Positions 58,301 through 64,000 of a stretch of 64,000 nt of DNA are shown here, piece by piece. Made by a program: the position numbers and the translations under genes. Every line of letters begins with the position of its first letter. Within the stretch, counting starts at the first letter, position 1. Source of the DNA: a virus; the IMG/VR virus record IMGVR_UViG_3300025617_000006, one strand, 5' to 3'. The notes beneath the pieces were generated by a model. That model saw only the letters and a list, made by a program, of their open reading frames with translations, was not told the DNA's origin and searched no databases.

Positions 58301-61300
58301 TTAAATGATAGTCAGTTATTACACAATAAAGACTATGTGTTTACGGCTGAAGGATTTATACGTCTAGATGATGAGTTAGAATTAGCAGTTAACGACGCTA
58401 TCACAATTTACGAGTATGAATCAACTGATGCATCGTTTATTCCACCAACACCGAGTAAGTTGGGAATGTGGCCTTTATACCGTCCTACAAAATATGTAGA
58501 TTCTTCATATAGAAATCCTATGGAAGTTATTCAAGGACATGACGGTAGTATTATCCGAGCATACGGTGATTACCGTGATGACCTTATTTTAGAACTTGAA
58601 AACAGAATTTACAACAATGTTAAAATACAGTACGATAGTAATATTTTAGACGTAGACAGTTTTGTTGGTCATGCATCACGTGATACAGGATTTACTCCAG
58701 ATGTGATCGATGACGTAGTTATTACTGATTTCATTGAGTGGCTTGCAGTAGCAGGCGATCCAGATTATACTGACAATAGTTTTTATGATAGAACAGATTC
58801 GTTTACTTGGAACTATTCTAAGATGACAGATCCGTACAATAACCCGCTACAAGGATTTTGGCGTGCTATTTACAATAACTATTTAAGTACTGATACTCCG
58901 CACACTACACCGTGGAAAATTTTAGGATTTGTCGAAAAGCCAGATTGGTGGCAAGAAGTATATGGTCCAGCACCATACACTAAAGAAAACTTAATTTTGT
59001 GGGACGATTTAGAAAACGGGCGTGTCAGAGAACCAAACAAACCTATTAGATATCGTTCAAACTATATTCGTAAAGAATTAACAAAGTATATTCCGGTTGA
59101 CGCTCAAGGTAATTTAGTAAGTCCATATGAAAGCGGATATGCTAGAGGACTAATTGCTCCTAGTACAAATGAACAGTTTATATTTGGAGATCAAGCGCCG
59201 GTTGAATCGGCGTGGCGTAAAAGTTCCGAATATCCTTTTGCTTTACTTACTGCGTGGTTGATTAACCAACCAACAAAGGTAATGTCTACAGGATTTGATA
59301 GAGCAAGACTTGTGCGTAATACTGCTGGACAAATTGTTTATAGCGCAACCGACAAACGATTAACCCCTAAAGATGTTGTATTTCCTAACACTTCGGAGAA
59401 TGCAGAACGAGTTACGACTGCTGGACTTATTAACTATATGTTCAATTATATCAATGCAGATGTAACAAAACTAAATGAAGAATACAGTGAGCAAGTTTTA
59501 AACATTAATGTACAACTTGGATTTAAAATGGGAGGATTTAGTACTCCTGACAAATTTAAATTGTTACTTGATTCAAGAACCCCAAGCAATGAAGGCAATG
59601 TATTCATTCCTGAAGAAAATTATAAAATATTCTTTAATGTGAGTACACCAGTTGACACGGTATCATACAGTGGAGTTATTATTGAGAAAAGTGAAAGCGG
59701 TTGGATTGTTAAAGGATATGACAGAAGCAGACCATATTTTGTGTACAATAAACCTCTTGAACGTGCAAGTGACCCTGTTGTAAATATTGGTGGAGTAAGT
59801 GAAAACTTCTTAGAGTTTGTAAACGGATCACAGTATCGAGTTGGACAAATTATTCGAAACGGAGACTTGTTTTATAGAGTAAAGGTAACACACACTGCGG
59901 TAGGATTCCAAACTGAAAACTTTACTAAGTTAGCACAACTACCAATTGATGGCGGCGTTGAAGGAACTATTAGACGATCGTTTGAACAAGGCACATCTAA
60001 ACTAAGATACGGTACATTACTGCGTTCAAATCAAGACGTGATTGATTTCTTATTAGGTTACGGAACTTACTTAGAATCGCAAGGCTTTGATTTTAATAAC
60101 TTTAATAAAGAAATTGAGTCTATTGAAAACTGGGAATTGAGTGCGAGGGAGTTCTTGTTCTGGACTACTCAAAATTGGAGTCCGGGAACATTGCTTACAC
60201 TATCTCCTAGTGCCAGTGCATTAATGTTTGCTAGAGATAATGCAGTTGTAGATAACATTTTTGATAACTTTTATGATTATACATTATTAAAAGCAGACGG
60301 CGCAAAACTAAAAGAAGAATTTGCAAACACAATTAGATCAAATCAAAACGAATTTGGATTGCGTTTAAAAAATACTCAAGATGGAATTTACTTCTTAAAA
60401 ATTCCTCTAGTGCAAAAAGAACATGTAGTATTGATTGACAACAAGACAGTATTCAACGATGTAATTTATAATCCGGCACCGGGTTATCGTCAGGCTCGAA
60501 TTAAAGGTATTGGATATCGCACAACAAATTGGAACGGCGGATTTGATATTCCTGGGTTTACATATGATAATGTTAAGGTTACTAATTGGGAACCAAACAC
60601 TGATTATGCAATTAGTGATGTTGTACAATACAAAACGTTTTTCTACAGTGCAAAAAGTAAAGTTGTAGGAACAACAGAGTTTAATGACTCTGACTGGTAC
60701 CGACTACCTGAAAGACCTAAGGCTGAACTTACACCAAACTTTGATTACAAAGCAAATCAGTTTTCAGACTTTTATGATTTAGATAGTGACAACTTTGATA
60801 CTGAACAGCAACGTTTGGCTCAGCACTTAATTGGTTATCAAAAGCGTAACTACTTAGAAAATATTATTACTGATAGCGTGTCTCAGTATAAATTCTATCA
60901 AGGATTTATTCAAGATAAAGGCACACGAAATAGTTTAACTAAACTTTTTGATGCACTTTCAAATACAGAAAATTCAAGTTTAGAGTTTTTTGAAGAGTGG
61001 GCATTTAAAGTTGGTCAGTATGGAGCCAGCGGTGGCTTTGACGAAGTTGAATATCTTTTAGACGAATCGAAAATACGACTCCAGCCTCAGCCATTCCAGT
61101 TAGTACGAAACATTAATCCTTTGTCAACAGACTTAGTTTATAGATATGCATTAAATGATGTATATTCAAAACCAAGCGATTACAACCATGCTCCGTTCCC
61201 TACTAAAGATTTAACAGAAACTTATATTAGAACAGCAGGGTATGTTGCAGAAGAAGATATTGATTACAAGTTTACTAACTATGACGACTTGTTAGATTTT

Positions 61301-64000
61301 GATGTTAATTTAGTATCAGTAGGGCAGTATATTTGGGTTGCAAAGAGAGATCAATCATGGGATGTTCTTAGACAAACCGAAACTATCTTAAAAGTTAAAA
61401 GTATTTTAAACAGTAGCACAGGCGAAGTAGAAATTACATTTAATAAAGTTCCAGAGTTTAATAAAGATGATATTATTGGAGTATTAGGCACAACTCCTGA
61501 AACTAACAAATTTTATAAAGTAAATAGAATCAGTCTTAACATTGCTTATGTAACAGCAAGCGGCGAAGTCCCTGATGTACCAGATACAAACGGGTTCCTT
61601 GTTAAATTAGAATCAGTAAGAGTTGCAACACTAAGTGATGTTAATCCTAAAATTACTAGAGACAATTACACAGCCGGCGAAAAGATTTGGGTAGACAGTG
61701 ACGAAACTAATAACTGGACTGTTCTTGAAAACAACAACACTTATACTTTAGGAAAGAAAAGTTACAATGCAACACTCGAAGGCGCTGGCACAATTGTCAA
61801 CGGAGAGCGTGTATACGACATTAGAAATTTTGGCTCGAGTCTTTCAGCAAACGACTTAAACACTGTATTAGTTGTTGGTGCACCATCTCCTACGTCCGAA
61901 AAGCGTGGTAGAATTGATATACACTTTAGAGCGGCTGAAAACTTAAATCTTATTCAAGGCCAGGTTATTGATTGCCCTGATGGATTGTTTGATGGTGATA
62001 ATAGTTTTGGAGAATCAACAGCACTTAGTTCAGATGGCAGATTCCTGTTTGTTGGTGCACCGTATGCATCTAATGTTAAAACAAATTACAGGGGTATATT
62101 TGACCCAGCAAACACATACCAAGAAAATGAAATTGTACAATACACAAATCAATTTTGGAAAGCAAAAACAGTTGTATTCCCGAGTGATGATAGTTTAGCC
62201 TATCCTAGTTTTTCATCGCATATTCAAGAACTTATTAAAACATATGAAAACACCGTTTATGATAACTTATGGTTAGTTCTACGAGGTAACTTTACATTCC
62301 AAGAAGAATCAACCGACCACGTATTAATTAAAGCCCAGTCAGTGCAATATGCAGGTACTGAAGCCGGCGACAAACTGCAACTGTTATGGAATACTAAAAA
62401 CACTAGATATCCATCGGGTGTAAATCCGTTTAATGACACTCCTGAATTAAGTAGCGATTTCTTTAATGGCGAGCATGTAATTCAAGAAAAGATTGACGAT
62501 ATCTTATTAGTAGATAATACACAAGCAATTCCAGATGTAGGGGAAGTTATTAATAGTGATATTGCGTTAGGCGTGGTTGCATATACATATACAACAGGCG
62601 ATAACCGAACGTTGATTTATGTTAAAGATGCTAATGGTAACTTTGCAGACGAAGGAACACTAGAGTTAGGCGATATTACAATCGGGTTGTACGAACGTGC
62701 AGTTCAACAACCGAGCGACGACTTTGAAGGTTGGTGGAAAATTGGTGTTGGTTCAACTTTTAATTCAACAGCAACAATAGAAACAAAGCCATATCTAGTT
62801 GTACAGGATATTATTAAACAGTCGGTATCAAGAACTGTAAACTATTTTGAAAACATTCTTAATATTGTAGATGACACTTCACCAGGAGTTCCGTCATATA
62901 TTGAAACATTGACAGCAAACGGTGATTCAGGATTTGAAATATCTGACAAGTGGGTATTTAGACTTCCGATTACACTTGAATCTGACGTTAGTATTGGCGA
63001 CACATTTAACTTTTGGTTTAATGAATACCGAACACCTGAAGGTATATTACAGTCACCGACAGTGATTGCTCCTGAATTAACACATGAGTATCTTAACACA
63101 ACATTACACACTGTTCAAGACAAATGGAATGGTTGGATTAATGTTAACTTAACAAACTTTGATAACAGTGGTTCTCCTACAATAGGCGATGCTGATTATA
63201 ATCCTAACTACGGTAATCCTTATATACCGGTAGTTGGTGATATTATACAAGACAATGATACTGGCGCTACAGCAGAAGTAACATATGTTGAAAAATTATT
63301 TAATGATTTACGACTTTGGATTAAAAATGTAAACATAACTGAAGGTCCTTGGAAATTAGGATCTGAATTTAGAAATATTTCAAGTATAAGCATTGTTGAA
63401 GGATCACAAGGCGAGGGTGTTATCAGACTTGTCGGAACTACTAAAAGTGTTTTCCTTGACGGTGAGACAATTGGGTCAATTATCGTTGTAGATCGCGGTG
63501 AAAACTTAACACCAGGAAGCACTAGAACACTACAGAATTTTGAATATTGGGTTTACAAAACCCAAGTATTGCAGGGAATTGCGCGAGATGCAAACCCACC
63601 AAGTTCAGTAAATAACGACTGGCAAAGAATTTATAATATTCCAGTTGAAAATAGTGGAACACAAAGTGGATATAATCGCCAAGGTGCCTATGCAGTATAT
63701 GAAAGAAATACAAGTAACTTCTACGAACTAGTTAATTTTTATACTATGCCTGACAGTAATAACTTTAGGCACCTGGGAGCGTCGATTGATTTAATCAAAC
63801 GCCCAGATGGCGGGTATTCTGCATATATTTCAAGTAAGGGTAATGGTACATTTGAACAACCAGGAAGAATTAACATTATTAATTACTCCGAAGATAACGG
63901 TTGGGTACTTGGCGCCGATACTGATTATAGAGGAGAGTTTGTTGAAACAGTTGCATATTACGAAGGCGAGTTTGTTAAGTATGCTGGTCAAATATATTCA
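55376..64000 (+). CDS. Giant baseplate-associated structural protein (gp7-like position), >2875 aa, truncated by the window; missing from ORF track
   Basis: ATG overlaps the gp6 stop (TAATG). Starts MAFENDQNEFP...HLPRYFRTPANKKFLSSTLDQL; the same frame reads ...YEGEFVKYAGQIYS at 64000. The ORF track shows no competing long ORF. Contains CBM-like repeats and FG-GAP-like motifs (FGESTALSSDGRFLFVGAP). Confidence 0.85.
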   Translation, partial: MAFENDQNEFPIQPNGENGKRTSVQHLPRYFRTPANKKFLSSTLDQLIQPGEVEKVSSYFGRNDAKARTADDSYISDVSSDRQNYQLEPALVIKDDFDNVSFYKDYNDYINQLRAFGNTNPNHSLINAQEYYSWNPHIDWDKFVNFREYYWLPAGPQVLPIYGQTKEVSSTFKVSIEENDDNVAYKFTPTGLTQNPTLKLYKGQTYIFEVDTPGYPIAFSTNRSFTPGQAIVTETVEGVIAPGQFEAELYDFDGYDTGEYIVQPVEGGIEGFTEGDNISTLYTDGVEASTVWVEKGTIKFTVPLDAPNRLFYISKDDVNTSGLINIYNILENTEINVEEEILQKKTYQTRNDVELSNGMLVEFLGDVTPAKYAQGTWYVEGVGDSIELIAKSDLEITGTYSESKFVPFDSENFDRVPFGQALNFPRDKDYITINRSAIDGNPWTRHNRWFHKDVIEKVAKANDSPVNLDQTARASRPIIEFEGGLRLYNFGSKFKSNVDLVDDKTTDVFSNIEGSVGYNVDGINLTDGLRVLFTADPDERVNGRIYKVKFIDHNGSRQIALQDEDDTNPTLNETVLVKAGEENTGKIYWYNGTTWIKAQEKVSANQPPYFNLYDADDESFDSYQSTSFTGTKLFSYKEGTGSVDSVLGFPLTYRNIQNSGDIVFDFNLLNDVITYQEGQVSYTKKSDTATLRKYTDLDTYENESGWKKAFQESTQKVVRQYIVSGQKNNFAVDVYNRSGDLNELNVTLTVNNERRSDWEINRENGIAYIRFDNDLNNDDIVVMLCTSEANKNENGKYEFPINLQNNPLNENIVDFTYGEVNDHVNSIIDNLNTFTGKFPGSSNLRDLGSLTEYGTKFVQHSGAIPLAMYHITNKDFNLIKSMRYARKEYAKFKRSFVSISSELGIDGSPRYVVDKIIEEWQRDKSKQSAFYWTDMIGSGANKTREFTIVDTGNKFYSLTSPFNLSDISAKAVYIYLNDSQLLHNKDYVFTAEGFIRLDDELELAVNDAITIYEYESTDASFIPPTPSKLGMWPLYRPTKYVDSSYRNPMEVIQGHDGSIIRAYGDYRDDLILELENRIYNNVKIQYDSNILDVDSFVGHASRDTGFTPDVIDDVVITDFIEWLAVAGDPDYTDNSFYDRTDSFTWNYSKMTDPYNNPLQGFWRAIYNNYLSTDTPHTTPWKILGFVEKPDWWQEVYGPAPYTKENLILWDDLENGRVREPNKPIRYRSNYIRKELTKYIPVDAQGNLVSPYESGYARGLIAPSTNEQFIFGDQAPVESAWRKSSEYPFALLTAWLINQPTKVMSTGFDRARLVRNTAGQIVYSATDKRLTPKDVVFPNTSENAERVTTAGLINYMFNYINADVTKLNEEYSEQVLNINVQLGFKMGGFSTPDKFKLLLDSRTPSNEGNVFIPEENYKIFFNVSTPVDTVSYSGVIIEKSESGWIVKGYDRSRPYFVYNKPLERASDPVVNIGGVSENFLEFVNGSQYRVGQIIRNGDLFYRVKVTHTAVGFQTENFTKLAQLPIDGGVEGTIRRSFEQGTSKLRYGTLLRSNQDVIDFLLGYGTYLESQGFDFNNFNKEIESIENWELSAREFLFWTTQNWSPGTLLTLSPSASALMFARDNAVVDNIFDNFYDYTLLKADGAKLKEEFANTIRSNQNEFGLRLKNTQDGIYFLKIPLVQKEHVVLIDNKTVFNDVIYNPAPGYRQARIKGIGYRTTNWNGGFDIPGFTYDNVKVTNWEPNTDYAISDVVQYKTFFYSAKSKVVGTTEFNDSDWYRLPERPKAELTPNFDYKANQFSDFYDLDSDNFDTEQQRLAQHLIGYQKRNYLENIITDSVSQYKFYQGFIQDKGTRNSLTKLFDALSNTENSSLEFFEEWAFKVGQYGASGGFDEVEYLLDESKIRLQPQPFQLVRNINPLSTDLVYRYALNDVYSKPSDYNHAPFPTKDLTETYIRTAGYVAEEDIDYKFTNYDDLLDFDVNLVSVGQYIWVAKRDQSWDVLRQTETILKVKSILNSSTGEVEITFNKVPEFNKDDIIGVLGTTPETNKFYKVNRISLNIAYVTASGEVPDVPDTNGFLVKLESVRVATLSDVNPKITRDNYTAGEKIWVDSDETNNWTVLENNNTYTLGKKSYNATLEGAGTIVNGERVYDIRNFGSSLSANDLNTVLVVGAPSPTSEKRGRIDIHFRAAENLNLIQGQVIDCPDGLFDGDNSFGESTALSSDGRFLFVGAPYASNVKTNYRGIFDPANTYQENEIVQYTNQFWKAKTVVFPSDDSLAYPSFSSHIQELIKTYENTVYDNLWLVLRGNFTFQEESTDHVLIKAQSVQYAGTEAGDKLQLLWNTKNTRYPSGVNPFNDTPELSSDFFNGEHVIQEKIDDILLVDNTQAIPDVGEVINSDIALGVVAYTYTTGDNRTLIYVKDANGNFADEGTLELGDITIGLYERAVQQPSDDFEGWWKIGVGSTFNSTATIETKPYLVVQDIIKQSVSRTVNYFENILNIVDDTSPGVPSYIETLTANGDSGFEISDKWVFRLPITLESDVSIGDTFNFWFNEYRTPEGILQSPTVIAPELTHEYLNTTLHTVQDKWNGWINVNLTNFDNSGSPTIGDADYNPNYGNPYIPVVGDIIQDNDTGATAEVTYVEKLFNDLRLWIKNVNITEGPWKLGSEFRNISSISIVEGSQGEGVIRLVGTTKSVFLDGETIGSIIVVDRGENLTPGSTRTLQNFEYWVYKTQVLQGIARDANPPSSVNNDWQRIYNIPVENSGTQSGYNRQGAYAVYERNTSNFYELVNFYTMPDSNNFRHLGASIDLIKRPDGGYSAYISSKGNGTFEQPGRINIINYSEDNGWVLGADTDYRGEFVETVAYYEGEFVKYAGQIYS

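Noticed and set aside
56353-63713. Short ORFs listed in the last 8 kb
   Set aside because: All lie within the giant + strand ORF starting at 55376.
1-64000. tRNA genes, CRISPR arrays, integrase/transposase, stop-codon reassignment
   Set aside because: No cloverleaf with T-loop/CCA, no repeat-spacer array and no recombinase seen. Genes are intact and densely packed under the standard code, with TAG used as a normal stop.

Overview
A 64-kb, AT-rich slice of a large T4-superfamily myovirus genome. The short gp23 and the gene order resemble the Rak2/Atu_ph07-like jumbo phages and their uncultured aquatic relatives. From the left the window holds: (i) a minus-strand tail-fibre/appendage locus built from paralogous pairs, ending in three ~10%-cysteine glycine-rich proteins interleaved with tail-fibre chaperones (1-27 kb); (ii) a small accessory island after the capsid gene containing two ORFs absent from the ORF track, a Methylophilaceae-type pqqA with its own promoter, RBS and terminator, and a 48-aa basic peptide; (iii) the head module gp20/21/22/23 with an inserted glycosyltransferase-like gene; (iv) tape measure, gp26, gp51 and probable internal head proteins; (v) a GIY-YIG nuclease followed by ~420 nt of richly structured non-coding sequence and an AT-rich DNA mini-hairpin cluster; (vi) gp46/gp47/gp55; (vii) the plus-strand baseplate operon, ending in a >2875-codon ORF that runs off the window. 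A TAAATA late-promoter motif marks most intergenic gaps, several late genes appear leaderless, and two genes have structured 5' leaders with shared motifs. Best candidates for new biology: the nuclease plus large structured RNA (or RNA-primed origin) at 41.1-42.1 kb, the stand-alone phage pqqA, and the Cys-rich fibre module. All family assignments are by motif recognition only; no searches were run.
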